DNA of 64,000 bases from Puccinia triticina (GCA_026914245.1 CP110439.1:248001-312000); one strand, 5' to 3'; counted from the first letter of the stretch, positions 37,873-51,593 are shown. The notes: generated by a model from the letters alone, not told the origin. Numbers and translations are program-made.

Positions 37873-38244
37873 GTGGCAGCTGAAGTGGGCTACGTCAGCG
37901 GACTTAGCTGGGGTGGAGGCGGTGAGTGGGATCCCAACACTGGAGGCTAGACAGGGGTGTGAATGATGGATGATCAGGAGTTTGGTGGCTGTCTACAGCA
38001 AGAGGTGCAGGCACCGATGATGACGTGGGAGTGGAGGCAGGCAGTGTGCGTGGGATGGGAGGAGGATTTCTTTTTCTATTGGGTTGTAAAATGCGGTGGA
38101 GCTTTCTCTTGGTTCATTATTTACTGTAATTTTGATTATTATTACAGATTCTTACTCTTTTTCTGCAGATTGTGATTGCGGAGGGTTTTTATTATGGTCT
38201 ACTTATGGCTATTGTTTGTGGTTCTTTTGTGGTGTCTCAAGGCG

Positions 38245-38497
38245 GTTTATCTTACCTTTACAATGTATTAATATTATTATTATTGCTCTATGGACTTCTT
38301 TTCCTTCTGCGGAGTTCATTGCGTGCTTATGCTATGCTAAGTTTAGAGTTCCCTTGACTACTTGGGATTAAGGTGGTTTATCTTACCTTTAAGACGTATT
38401 AATATTATTATTATTGCTCTACGGAATTCTTTTCCTTCTGCAGAGTCCATTGGGTGCTTATTCTATGCAAAGTTTGGAGTTCCCTTGACTACTTGGG
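38245..38497. repeat. tandem duplication, period about 131 bp
   Basis: GGTTTATCTTACCTTTA..GTTCCCTTGACTACTTGGG occurs twice. Confidence 0.85.
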
Positions 38498-39297
38498 GTA
38501 GAAGAGAGTCCGCTCCGGTCATTTCATACTGGAGGACAACCTTTCTTCTACCGCACCACTGTGAGAAAAAAGGTTGTATAGTGTGTAGAAATGACCACTT
38601 CTGCCTTCTTCAAGAATGTATATATCCAGGCTGAGTGATTATCAGTGTCTTGGCTCCCAACCAATCCTATCACGTGATTTTGCCAAGCTTACCTTGGTGG
38701 GTCTTTTTATCTGGTAGTTAGAAGGGCAGAGATTGAAACTCCATCATCCCCTTCTCCATTCAGCAAAAAGAGTTTCTCAACCACTTTTGAGTCTTACAAT
38801 TTCTGTAAGTGTAAGTAAAATGATGAGTAGTAAGTAAGATAATGAAAAGGAAAAAGGGAAGAGAAACTGTGAGCCCTCCACCCCCTTCCATCTCCGTTCC
38901 CATCCAATCCCGCATACACACGTCACATCCCCAGCCTCTGCTCCTCTCCAACGCTTGACCATCCACATCCTCTGCCTAGCCCCTATCAGTTAGTTTCAAA
39001 GCGCCTCCGCCCCAGCTTCCCTGGCTCACCCACTGATACACTGCTGCTATCAGTCCACATGTTTGGTCCGCCATAGTCCAGCTCTAGCCTTCCGCTCCAG
39101 TCCGCCGCCCAATCCAAACTCCGCAGTCTGCAAACTGCATATCATCCAATCTGTGCTTTCCATAAGCTTTTCCTGTTGTGCTTTTCTGACATCACCCTCA
39201 GTGCTTATGTCACAGAATGCATTCTGAGCTCAGCTTTTTTTGCATTCCCACCCGCGCTATTGCCAAGTGGTCATTCTACCACACTTGTCAATATAAA

Positions 39298-40025
39298 CAA
39301 CCATGGGCCTATACTATACTCTAGTATAACTGGGCCTTTCTGTTATTGTATAGGTCTGGTTGTACCACCCTATACTAATATTGCTGCAAGTGGCCCATAT
39401 AATATTCTGTGCTTTTTCTCCAAAACAAAAAATACAGGTATAGTAACTTTTTTTGCCCCTTGTTACCGCGACAACACACTTAACCAGGTGTAAACATAAG
39501 GCAATGAAATTTGGGCTCCTGATGATTGTACAGGCAAACCATGACACCTACCTGGTCCTTGCAGTAATAGCAAGGGCTTATTTAGGAACACCGGGTAGGT
39601 CTTGTTCTGTTGAGAGATGGTCTCTGTGGCTGCAGACGTGTGTGGCTCCAGACATGGTTGTCTGTTCACTTAAACTACTTCAAAATCCTTCAGAAGCCTT
39701 ATGTAGGTTTGTGAGGATTTTCCCCTCTCAGGGAATTTTCTGAGGCCAGGAGGCTTTGGGTGCTCTGATCCCCAAGCCCAAGAAATAGATAGATTTTCAT
39801 CCCTACTGAGTAGTGGTACTAGCCACATCTGGCCAGTATAGTATTGAGATTTTTTTTATTTCTTCCTTCATTTGGATATAGTATTTTCAAAAAAAAAAAC
39901 CTCATGTAATTGGATATAGTATTAAAAATTCATTACGGAAAAAGGAAATAATAGTACTGTTATTGGGCCAAAAAAATACAATAACTATACTATACCAATA
40001 TCTGTATAGTAAAGGCCCATTGTTG
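39298..40025 (+). mobile_element. non-autonomous TIR element with a hAT dimerisation-domain remnant
   Basis: TIR CAACCATGGGCCT..CTATAC / GTATAG..AGGCCCATTGTTG; 7-bp flanks ATATAAA; internal YLVLAVIARAYLGTPGRSCSVERWS. Confidence 0.78.
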
Positions 40026-40090
40026 ATATAAATCACCACACAACTGTGCTGTAGAAAGCACAGCGGTTTTGGCATCCTCTTTGCTGTGCT

Positions 40091-40695
40091 GAAAGTAGCG
40101 GCCCCACCCGCTGCACTACCGCTTTTTGGGTTGGAGAAGAAGCGGGGAACCGCTACTTTCAGTGGTAGCGCAGCGGTGGTCCCGCTGCGCTACCACTCTT
40201 TGGGCTAGCCGCGTAGCAGTCCCCTGCTGTTCTGGGCTGAATAACTTCTTTTTGCAGCAAATTGCATCAGTTAAACGTATTTGGGTATAGAGCTCTATTA
40301 ACAGTAAGGGTGTTCAAAGTTGAAATCATATTTTTTTCAAATCATAAAATCATAAAATCATAACACTTTTGAGTGATCATTTTTTATGGACCATTTTAGA
40401 ATTGTTGCTCTTTTTTGAGTGATTGGGTGTTACACATTTTTTTCAGATTAAAATTTTATGAATTTATGGTGTTATGATTTTATGCAAGTCAACTTTGAAC
40501 ACCCTAAGTAAGTAATTTGCTGCAGAAAGTGCAGCGCAGCGGTTTCTGGCGGCCGCTGCGCTGCACTAAAAGTAGCGGCCCCACCCATTGCACTACCACT
40601 TTTTGGGTTGGATGGAAAGCGGGGACCAGCTACTTTCAGCGGTATTGCAGTGGAACCACCGCTGCGCTACCGCTTTTTGTGCTGGCCGCGTAGCG
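40091..40695. repeat. ~125-bp direct repeat pair (40091-40217, 40569-40695) rich in GTAGCG motifs
   Basis: AAAGTAGCGGCCCCACCC..GCCGCGTAGC occurs twice, either side of the 40308 MITE; probably transposon subterminal repeats. Confidence 0.65.
40308..40504. mobile_element. Tourist/PIF-Harbinger MITE
   Basis: TIR GGGTGTTCAAAGTTGA with TAA TSD on both sides. Confidence 0.88.
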
Positions 40696-41863
40696 GTTAG
40701 GGGTTGTGCAGCTCCAGCCTCCAGTACACCAGCTGACCAATCATCTCTGGGCAACCCGTATGTTTTGTTGTTCCTGCCTGGCTGTCAGCGGAGGGAGGCA
40801 TGCTTGACAGGCAAAGGGCTGTCTGGGTCTAAAATTACAACAGGATTTGAATGGGGAAAATTTTGAAGCCCCAAACTTTAAGACAAAGGAAGTAGAAATT
40901 TTCTTTCAATCATATTGCTGTAGGAAACCTGATAATGATATGCAGGATCTTTACAGGCTTGAAGGCTGCAGTCTGTGGTGGCTGAAAGCAAAATAATTGA
41001 GCCTGCCCACCTGCAAGCTTTCCTGCCTTTGCTGTACCTCCGTCTGTTCCTCCCAGTTGACTAGATTCTTCCAGAGAATATGGCAAACCCAGGAATAATA
41101 ACACTGATTACAATATCCATCAGTCTTTTCTCTACTCAAATCTTCATCCCTCTTATCCTCCCTTTTCCTTTCTCACCTTTCCTTCCTGTCATCTGCAACC
41201 AGAGATTCTTGGACTGGATGCTCTCTCTCTCTGCCAGCTGGGGAAAACTTGATTGAAAAACTGTGGAACAAATTCCAGAGACCATCAATGAGTGAAAATT
41301 AGTGGTTGAGGTGGACAAAGAAATCAGACAATATTTGTTTTCTTGACAAAATGCTGCCCAAAGCTCACCTTCATATGAGAAGCATCATCTTTCTTTAAAG
41401 CATACTTGAACTTTCCTTGACTAATTTTCATTCATCAACTCAACCTTGTGAAACTTAAACCAGGTGAATTTCTCACAACACACTCACTATTGAGCACTCT
41501 AGTGCACATCTTCTCACTATTTTCTTCTCTTGCCTTTTACTTTCAGTTTCTACACTGTTCTAAATCTGATTTTAATTGACCAAATCATGTCCTCCCTCAA
41601 TGCCTTTTCTTGTCTCTTGATCGATCATGTCCATGATCACATGTGTTAAATTGACCATCGAGATTGTTGGCGTACTTTCACACATCGAGGATATTATCAG
41701 TGTTGTCATGGAACAAGTGTCTTAAGAGAATTTAGATTAGTAATTAAATAGAAAAAAATACATATCCGGCCAGTTAAAAAAGCATTAAGAATGATACATG
41801 GAGAGCGATTGGATGAAAGTAAATGCAAGCTTGGAGGCTTTTCGCAGTGTGGATAAAGAGTGT

Positions 41864-43378
41864 TTAAGATAGAGAGAGAGAGAGAGAAGAGTCTAGGAGT
41901 GTTGCTGATTCCACTCCTGGTTCTTGACCAGTCGGTCCTGTAGGTGATAAAACCCAGGGCGCCGGTCCGTTAGTTCGCCAAACCCTAATAAAATAACGAT
42001 GAGAGAGAGAGGGAGGGAGGGAGACCAACAGCAATGATTCCGCGGACATGTCGGAGCACGCTCTCTTCCAGCTGGACTCGCACAAGCTCTTCGCCTAGTG
42101 CATCTTGGATCTTCTGGATCATGTCGACATATTCTTGGGCTTGGTTCTTCAATTCGATCGCACTCGATCTATATGTGCACCCCCGATCCCCCAAACCATC
42201 AGTTCCAGTTGTTTTTATAGACCGCAAAAAAGGACGACACTAATAAAAACGCACAGCGGGGTCGTATTCGCTAGTTTCTCGAGCCGGTCGAGTTCCTCTG
42301 AGGATTTCGAAGACGAGCTAAGCGTGCGTTGAGTGTGGAGGTCGCGTTGAGCACGCAGCAGATGTATGCGTTTCCAGACTTTAAGCTTATCGGTTTCAGA
42401 GACGATTTTAGGGCCAGGCGAAGAGTGGGAAGAATTAGAGCTAAGGAAGAGGGGGTTGATTTTCTGTTTCTTGGCGGCTGGGGGGTGGTTTGTTGCGGAC
42501 GAGGAAGATGCTTGGATGGTCCGTTTGAGTACGTTGGCCGGCTGGTCGGTGATCGGTCTGAGGTTGGAGGTGCTGAGCGTCGGCGTCGATGGGTTCGAAC
42601 CCGCCGGGGAGTTGTATGGGGTCTGCGAGGTCTCGATGGCTGGCCGACGCGGGCGAGAGGGGAGACATAGCTTGAGTGGCGGAGGACGGGGCGGTGGTGC
42701 GGATTTTTTCGGAGGGGAGATTGGCTTGGGTGCGGGTGGGCTCGGCGAAGGGCTCTCGGGTTCGGCGGGGGGGCTGCTGCCGTAGAGGCCTGGTGGACTC
42801 GAGTTGGGATCCTCGGGGAAGGGCGTCGGGCTTGCAGGGGGGCTGAGCAGCGGTTGAGGGGGCGGTGATGGTGGCTGTGGTGGTGGCGAGCCTGAGAGTG
42901 AGTGCTGCTGTTGAGGTGGGGGATGATGGGGAGGTGGGGAGGAGATGGATGGGTTGAAGACGAGTTCGGTTGAGGATGCGCTTGGTTCAGAGTCAACGAG
43001 GCTGGTGAGGAAGTTGCTAGCGGGGTCGTGGAGGGAGAGGTCGAGTGGATGGAGCTGCTCGTTGAGGATGAGCCGTTCGAGGGAGTGGAGGTTGTTTTCG
43101 GCGGTGTTTTCGGCGGAGGAGGGTGCTGGGAGGAGGACGAGGCTGTCTGGGCGGGCCGAGTGGTTGGTGCTGATGAGTGCCTGCTCGTAGTTGACCCTGG
43201 CGTGGTTGGGCAGCGACCTGGCCTGGCTGAATGCGGCCTCGAAGGTCGGCGGGCGTCGCTTGGCAGGTTTCTCCGCCTCCTTGCTCGCTGCTGCCTCGTC
43301 GTCGTCGTTGCTGATGGTCATCTCGAGCTGGATCAGCTCCTCGGTCTCGATCGAATCGCTCGTTGGACTGTTGGCCAT
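41864..43378 (-). CDS. Pro/Ser-rich hypothetical protein with helical C-terminus (probably 3 exons)
   Basis: Long GC3-rich ORF from MANSPTSD with NLS-like PAAKKQK. Likely introns near 42170-42253 and 41985-42028 add AIELKNQAQEYVDMIQKIQDALGEELVRVQLEESVLRH. Confidence 0.7.
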
Positions 43379-44016
43379 CTCCAGTGTTTCCGTGGTTCGC
43401 GGGATGAATTCCAGGAACGCCGTTTCGAGGAGAGGGAAATGCTGCCGGTCCCCCGGGCAGTGCCACTTCGGGTCCCCTTGCCCCGCCAACTGGCCACTAC
43501 ACCAAAGAAAGCTCCTGTCTGATTTTGGGTAATATCCGACCAAGAATGGTAAAACACTTGTTGCATTACAAGCAGCGCATCAAAATCAATCAGCGCGCGG
43601 GCGCGGTGGACCTCAAGACCATTCAAGACTTTCAAGATCAAGATGGCGGATATCAATATTCAGGGTTCCAAATTTGCACCATTGGAACTTCTTTGTCTAT
43701 GTCTTCTTTCCTTTATCCAGTGTGGTTTTGGCTTGGTTTTGTCCAGTTTTGTTTCCTTTTTGTGTTTGTGATGGCATGTCCACTAAATGTCACAAAACCA
43801 GAGTTTACATAAGTTCATAGATGATGGAGTGCATGGACTTTATCTGAACCTTAATCTTCTCAAACCATCTGTCATATCCAAATCCAGAATTGTATTGATC
43901 TCAAACTTTACAAGTCCTCTGAGTCTTCAAGTTATCAGCTGTGCCAATCTGAATCCCCAAATCCCCTTTTAGATCACATCCTTCAACCTCTTTTGTTGGT
44001 TGAAGCAACAGTGAAA

Positions 44017-44297
44017 CACTAACTTAGCTAATTTCCCTCCTTGGGGGAGCGCAGCAACCTCCAAAGGAGGGACTTACGTGCTAAGTCAACTCCATGGCCT
44101 GAGAGCATTTCAGCTTTTGGTGGGCAGTTTTTCATAATCAACCTCACGCACTCGTCTCTCAACACTTTTCCTTCTAGTTTTCATTTCTGGGACCACGCAA
44201 GTGGTCCCCATGTACCTACTAAAGTCCCTCCTTTGGAGGGTCCCTGCGGGACGGCGTCCCCCCTCCACATAGAGAGGGACTTAGTTAAGTTAGAGTG
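44017..44297. mobile_element. small CACTA-like non-autonomous element
   Basis: Imperfect TIR CACT(CT)AACTTARCTAA..TCCCTC with 3-bp AAA flanks. Confidence 0.45.
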
Positions 44298-44400
44298 AAA
44301 CAGTACGGTAAATGTGTTGGTATTCATTGATATTGGTTTTGTTTTTGAGTCCAATACCCTGTATTGGTATTGGATTGTGCTACCAATCTGATACATGTGT

Positions 44401-45224
44401 TGTCAGCCACTGAGACAACTGTCCATGTGTCTACAATGATAGTTACAAGTCATGTAACCCAATGGCTAAAGGTTGCCTTAAGATTGATCTTGATCTTGTG
44501 TAAGATCCTGTGTTTAAGTCCTCCTGTTGTCTTATATGATTACTTTTGTTGCAATCATTACTTTATATGTACTAAACTATATGATTTCACACTTATTATG
44601 TATCTTCCATCCAGAGTGAGATAAACTTATCTCTCTATGTATTTATCCTTATTGAGAATAAACTACGTACAAATAGAGAGATTACATAATTATTTATGTA
44701 AATACCTCTTCTGAATTCTGTGATCCTCTTCCTCTCCTTGGAGTTAAGGATCCCTCTGGGGCCTTGACTCAAAGGAAGATCAGGATCCTGTAATATAAAA
44801 GGGGGGGATCTTTCCTCTGGAGAGATTTTTCCCCCAGATTATTACCATACAAACCTGTGCACCTTACTAGAATCATAGTGAGTGGGGTTTTACAATAATC
44901 AACTAAACTTTCTTCTTTTACAGCCTCAGTCCCTTTCGTGTATTTTCCTAGGTACAGGTGGGTGTTAATTTATAACACCTGTAACCTATAAGAAGATAAG
45001 AAGCTGATTCCTTATAGGCTACGGCGCCTGGCTTGAGTTATTGCCGCGTCCCCTTACATTTGTAAGGGAGCTAGCCCCTCCGTTGTTCAGCGTCAAGGTG
45101 TGGTTTCTTCCCATTGGCGTTTAAGGTTATAGTGTGGCCCATCCTTCCGCTGGCCGCTACTCAGCCGCTACAGCGCGCATAATAACCAATCAACTCCGTG
45201 TCACCTAAGAGACCGGAGCTGACA
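44401..45224. mobile_element. solo LTR, 824 bp
   Basis: TGTCAGC..GCTGACA ends, 5-bp TSD TGTGT, TATAAAA at about 44796. Confidence 0.88.
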
Positions 45225-45514
45225 TGTGTATTGATTGCCAACAGGGGGTTTCACAATAAGGAAACCCGGGAAGGTGTTTGAGCGCTTGCAAGTATCTTTA
45301 TGAGGATGCTTGGGGCGATTTCTTGCGGGACTTCACACCAAATTTTCAAGCAAGTACATATGTCACCCGCGAGTAAAGAAATTTAGTGCCGCGGGAAGCA
45401 AAAAAGGGGACATTGGATTGAGTACCAATTGCCCAGGAAAGGTGTTGTTTTTTTAGATAAAATACCACTGCATTTTATCTTTTTTTCAATACAGTACATG
45501 GTATTGAAGTCTCA

Positions 45515-46612
45515 CACCAGGGGAGATATGTTCCCACTCCCCAGGGAGTGCCAGAGCTGAATTTTATGTGAGTTTTGGTCGGATGTGAGCCTGATGTGGA
45601 TTGGTAACTCATCCCCAAAATAGTAAATTGGATGGAGAAGTTAGTGAAAAGTCAGTCACAATTGATTTGGAAGTCAACACAATGTTGTGTAGAATTCTTT
45701 TGTTTTCTATGTACAACTGTAGGAAGAAATATGATGAAATGATATTTCACCAAAGTCCAACTCATCAATTGCTCCTGTTTACTGATTTTTGAGGATAGCA
45801 AAGCAAAATTCCCATTCGCAAAAGTAATTCCTCCAAAAAAATGGGTTTCTTGTAATTCACATTATATGCCCTGATGTACAAAATTAAACTAAAAGTTGAC
45901 TTGGTATTATTGGGTTTAGATTTTTGGGATGTGGTAATGTTGCAGTCATTGAAATTGAAACCCATTTTCTTGGAAATGCGGGAATTAATTTGAATTTGGC
46001 TGATAAAAATGACAAAAACTGTTTTAATAGGGTGAAAGTCTGAGTTAATTCAAGGTTGGATTGCGGTGCCAATTCACTTTGGCCATATATCCTGTCCTCC
46101 TCACAAAAATGATCTAGTGAATTTTGTATTTTTTTGCTTTTCAAAATTCACATGTGCACATGCAAGTTAACCTTTTTGCACTTTGCTAATAGTCACCCTG
46201 ATGTACGCGCGTACATTGAAGTGGAAATATCACAGGATGGGCCTTTCACAGCCACATGAAAAGTAAAAAATTTGTTTTGAGACACCAATTGTCCCCCTGA
46301 TGTACGCGAGTACATGAGGGGGAAAAAAATCACAGGCTGTGCCTTTCACATCTCCATGGAAAGGACACACTGGTCATGGAGCCAAGAAAGGACTATATTC
46401 TGGATGAGTTCTGGATGAATTATAGATGAGTTCTGGATGATTTTTTGGCAAGTTATGGTTTATTTCAGGATGATTTCCAACTGATTTCCACGCTGACTTC
46501 CAGTCTTGTTCATACCTATTCAATATTGCTTTACCAAAGGCCTCCAGCACAGTTATGGAAAAAAGTTACGGTAAGGCACTCCCTGGGGAGTGGGAACATA
46601 TCTCCCCTGGTG
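45515..46612. mobile_element. non-autonomous CACTA/CMC-like TIR element
   Basis: Perfect 38-bp TIR CACCAGGGGAGATATGTTCCCACTCCCCAGGGAGTGCC and 3-bp TSD TCA; no ORF. Confidence 0.88.
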
Positions 46613-47153
46613 TCATATAATGAAAAATAAAACAAACAAAAAAATACATAGTATTGGCTGATACTGGTCATGTATCTTATTGTTTCACCGTTGGTTGAAG
46701 ACTCAAAATTTTCGGCAAGACACAGGAGTGCTTTAAACCTTCATTCCTGTATTCACTTTCATATCAATTTGTCTCAATGCCAGTACGGTATACCTACAAA
46801 CCAAAGTATTCCACATTTTGATGCATCTTTGATCTGGTCACCAGGTTCTGGTGCTGTCTCAAAAACCTATCTTCAAAATTTGAGTATACATACAGCTTGT
46901 AAAGCCAATTAAGTTTCACAAGCAGCCTGTTTCAGTGAGAACTATTTTAAATGTCACTGGCCCTGTAAAAAATTCAGCCCAATATCATGATGGCTAGTTT
47001 CTGTCAGGTTGTGGTTCTGCTACTCTTAGCTTTATCATACCTGCTGGTGTCACTCATTCATGACCTGTCATTTTACGGGTCTTCCCTCAATTAGGGATCT
47101 TCATGTGACACCAGTGGATGTTCATTGACCCACCTGCAGCTATTCATATCCAA

Positions 47154-47225
47154 GCGTCCTTAGTACAGTGGTTAGTACACTTGACATGGATATAAGAGAC
47201 ATGGGTTCAACTCCCATAGGACACA
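47154..47225 (+). tRNA. tRNA-like sequence (pseudo-tRNA or SINE head), nominal anticodon TGG
   Basis: A box TAGTACAGTGG, D stem GTAC/GTAC, perfect T arm ATGGG-TTCAACT-CCCAT, acceptor stem 6/7 paired. The anticodon arm is defective (A at position 33, A-A pair). Confidence 0.6.
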
Positions 47226-47373
47226 TCATATTTTATGGAGTTTCACAGTTTCGCCAAGGAACCGTGGTATCATACAGCTATTGTTGCTATTGTTGAAAAC
47301 ATAAATGCAAGGTCTGGATAGCATTTCATCTCCATACCCTTTTCAGCTTTAATCCATCAGCAAATTAGTCAAC

Positions 47374-49750
47374 ATGATGCAAAAACAATGGTTACTTATT
47401 GGCCTTTTCACAACTTCTTGGTGTATGGATGCCCTTGTCAATCCAGAGGGTGAGAAAATTGATTCTATGAAAATTCAGGGTGCGTGTATTTCTTTTTCAT
47501 CAGCAGAGAATAAAATTATAACCAATTTCATAATTATACAATCTTTTCTGATTCATTCCCACACTTTAACAAATGGTTTGTAGGCATGGTTCCAATTGCT
47601 GCTTCAGATTATGAAGGAGCAACCAGCAAAATGGAATCAAAAGCTCCAAAAATAGAAACAATTCTTAATCCTCCACAGGAGAAAACAGTTATTTCTGATG
47701 ATATGGGACAGGTTACTATTAAAAGTAGCAACATCACTAAATCTATAAACCACCAAGCTTTCAATTGTGCTTGCACGCAAAGAAGTCGCTGTAAGTCTGT
47801 GTTTGAGAGATTAATACGGGATTCCGACTCATTAAATAAATTGAATCCAGAACAGGGTCAGTAAAGGGCCCAGTTCTATTAATTTTATTTTTTACATCCT
47901 TTGGCTAATTAGGAAAATTTCATGAACAGAATCACTATTATTGAAAGGTTGGAAAAAAAATCATGGTTGGTCTATTGCTTGGAAATTCCTGAGAATTTAT
48001 GAATAACACTCTAGCTGACAAGATAAATATCTTCATTTTCAGACCAAGTCCTTCTGATTGATGAAAATGTGAGAGAATTGATGGGTATAGAACTGAGGAA
48101 TATCTATTCTTCCTATGCACTTGATGATTATCAAACTAAACATCAGATTAAACATTCCAGAATAAAAATCACACAAACAAAATATGCCTTTGATAAATCA
48201 AAATTAAACATTTCAGTTTTGAAAGATGTCAGGCTTCTTGAGTTGGGGGGTTTCTATGATATCACAATTAGAGAAAACACTATTGCATCACTAATCTCAA
48301 GCAACAAGGAAAGTGAAGAAATTCCAGAATGGCTCAAAGGTTTTCCTGAAGATATGATCAAGAAAATTTTGAGAAGCACTTGGGATACATTCAGCTGTTC
48401 AATTTTGGATGAAATCAAGAACGTGTTGGTCAAATATAAATCTGAAATCAATTATCTTGAATTTTACGACCAAGATCCATATATTTTTGGAGTTGGAGAA
48501 AAATACTTTTTCAGATCTATGGAATTCTTTCACCGGGAAGGCTTCCTCAAGCAAGATAGTTTACTAAACTATTTTCATGACAAGGAAATAGTAAAAATGG
48601 CAATTGTTTATGCAAAAGAATTTCACATCAAAGGAATTACCACATATGGATCATTGAATTCCATTTTTGATAATTTAGAATCTGTTACCCAGCACTGGTA
48701 CCTGAAATTAATGCATGGAATCTTCAAAGGTACTTGTTCTGTTTGATTTATTCTATGCAATTCTGCTTAATAAAAAGGACTGATAGTTAGATATTGGATT
48801 GAATGATTAAAACAGTGCTTGGCAAGAAAGAGGAAACAACTCTGACACTCCACACTTTATCATCCAAAATCCTGATATTTGGAAAAGAAAATATTGAAAG
48901 TTGGAACACACCAGTAGAATTGCAGCAAAAAATTGAGTTGATTTACAATTTGATTCATCAATATATCAATGATTTAGAAGATCTGATCATGGATGAATCA
49001 AAATTTAATGATGGAAAAAGGTTGCTTCAAGTTGATGATATTCAGGATCTGGACACTAGATTGAAGAGTGTCCAGGATGGAGTCAGAATTTTGACTGAGA
49101 TTCTTCACCTTATTTTTTTCCCCAACATATCTTATGTCAAAAGTACATATGAAGACAACCTCTGCATTGCCATCTGTCAGTTATTAAACTTCACTCAAAA
49201 TCACTTCAAAGGCATTGATCCAGAAACAATTGAAAAAAATATCATTCCTTGGAATAGGTTTCAGGAATACAGAGCTAGAAAGCAGTTAGTATTGTGCTAC
49301 TCAGAGATCAGGGGAATTTATAAAATGATCACAAGTATCAATGAATTCCAAACAAAAAAAATTCTGCTAAGAAGTTACAACCCCAATACCCAAGCTTATA
49401 TTAAAAAAACTGCTGAAGATTACACAAAGATCCTGAGAGTAAAAATTCCTGAATTACAAAAACAATTCTCCAAATTATCTAATCATGATAACCAAGAGCC
49501 ACAAAATGGATCCTCCAGATATGATTGGGTGAACAATTTTGGTGGAATCACTCAATTCATTAATCAAGAAGTTGAAAAGGGTAAGGTTGAGGCAGAGATC
49601 AATGATTTGCCTATCTACATTAATCTTGTCAGCAAAGCCTCTAAAAAACCAATTTCATCCAGAACACGTATAAATCTGAATCTTGCAGCTCAAAAGCCCT
49701 ATGAGGAGCGTTCCAAACTTATTAAAACTTTTTTTCATCATTTTGCTTGA
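47374..49750 (+). CDS. lineage-specific putative secreted protein (multi-exon), candidate effector
   Basis: Signal-like N-terminus MMQKQWLLIGLFTTSWCMDA; about five GT-AG introns link ORFs 47374, 47586, 48069 and 48803; AT-rich; no recognisable domain. Confidence 0.7.
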
Positions 49751-50432
49751 AAATTGTCATTTCTCTCTCTCTTTTCTTTGTGACTAGGATGAATTTCCCC
49801 TTGACAAATTTCAAACAAAGAAAAATGCCTCTTGCAACAGCTACAAAATATTCTGATTTGCTCTTGGCAACAGAAAACAATTACAATTTATAAACAACAG
49901 GGCAGGTGGTTTTTAGCCCTTAGACATGGGTACCTTGGACTGACATGTAGAAAAAGACTGGGGATTTCTCCTCTCCGACCATTAAAAGAGCAATGGGCAA
50001 ATAAAATAAGGGGGCACAAACCCCGCAGCCAATTGCAAGTTGGAAATCTAGGGTGCAACTCAAGGGTGAATTTCCGCTTCTCTCAGGCAAGCACTCCTCC
50101 ATGTGTAATAGTAAGTAAGTCCCTGCGGTCGGCGGGGGCGCTGCTCCCCACTGAGCCACAACTCAGGGGCGGTTAGTTAAGTTGGTTTGGGGTCGGCTAA
50201 GTGGGGTTAGGCCAGTGCACGTCCAGACAAGCCTGCATGGCCATCATGGGGCGATTCTGATCAATCATTGGAAACATATTCATGTTCAACAAAGTTGTTG
50301 ATGACTTCTTGTCGGTCGACTGTTGCGTCTTATTTTTTGGTGAGATTGGGTGATATGCATGTCATGACATAAGGTGCGTCGAAAGAAGTAGACATGATCA
50401 TTACTGCTTTTTTTATGGGAGGATATATCGGA

Positions 50433-51593
50433 CTATCTTTCCAGTTTCGCATCTTCTGGTCTTACAAATGGGACTCTAAATCCACTGATTAGAGCTCGTC
50501 TGGGGACAGAACAGGGGATCAGAAAAGAGTAAGCAAAGACTTTCGATGAGCAGTAATATAGAGGTAATATGACTCACGCCTTATCAGTCGCACCAGGGCC
50601 AGTTGCACTAGTCAGGAAGTGGATATTCATTCCATATTTTCTGGGCCAATTTTCGAGACTCTCTTCGACTCCAGGCCAAAGACCCATTGCATGGTCAGGA
50701 AGACCGATCTGGACGACGCCGCTGACCATGGCGGTGTGACGACGATGAGCATCGGCGGGTGGTAGTGCGAAGCCGTTGAAGTCTTTGAGGCGGGGGAGGA
50801 CGAAGGTGGAGAGAATGTCGAGAAAGTCGAACATCTTTGGGCCCCGGATCTCGAGATGGGCCCCACAGACCATTCCCGTTCTGACCTTGAAAGTCGTCGA
50901 CTTGTCCTTGGTCCGACTGATTTGGATCCCTTCTGAGCTGAATAGTTTTGAGAGCTGATCGGTCGAAAGGGCGGCCCGATCGGGTTGGCCGGAGATCAAC
51001 TGGAGTAGATAGATCGCCCCGAGTAGTTCCTTCTTGGTGTGGATCGCCTCGGGGACATGGATGTCGATGGAGATCTTCTTGAGCCGGACCAAGTTCTCTG
51101 GGGAGGAATCGGATGGAGGGCGTCTGGGGAGGGCACCGGAGCCACCCTTGGGCGGCCGTGGAGGTCGGTTGCGGGTGTAAGGGTCTTCGGGGTCCCATTG
51201 GGGCAGTTTGGAGATCGGGTCGGGATGCTGGGTGAGTGCACGTCCGTCGGCCCGGTGAGGCGTCGAGCCGTCGAGGGCGTATCCGGCTGGGAGCTCGTAG
51301 GTCATGTAGAGCAGATCGGAGGCCATCTGGTTCTGGTAGTGCTCGGCCAGCCGGGATCGGTAGAGCTGTCCAGGCCGGATCGAGAACAGCCCGGCATGTT
51401 GACTCGAAGCTTTCTGCGCCAGGCTCGGCAGCTCTCCCTCCTGCTCTTCCGATGCCACCGTTGCTCGTGGCTGGCTCGATGATTGGATTGCTCTCTGTGA
51501 GCTCGGTTCACTTCGTCTGGCACACCAACCAACGCTTTTGCAGCTCGGATTCAGGCCGACTAGGCGGGTCGAAATGAATGATCGCAGACTCAT
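50433..51593 (-). CDS. MRPL7: mitochondrial ribosomal protein uL5m
   Basis: EHYQNQMASDLLYMTY, FKVRTGMVCGAHLEIRGPKMFDFL..VLPRLKDFNG; an intron at about 50500-50577 adds ARALISGFRVPF; Arg/Ser-rich presequence. Confidence 0.92.

Larger units (their letters stand above)
34286..38500 (-). mobile_element. truncated or non-autonomous Gypsy-type element: 3' LTR (34286-35411), PPT and accessory region
   Basis: LTR preceded by CCGC and followed by a 29-nt PPT block identical to 15853-15881. No gag/pol or second LTR seen; the right boundary is uncertain. Confidence 0.7.

Noticed and set aside
42271..43532. Overlapping alternative-frame ORFs
   Set aside because: Shadow ORFs of GC-rich coding DNA; the same applies over NAR1, MRPL7 and GCV1.
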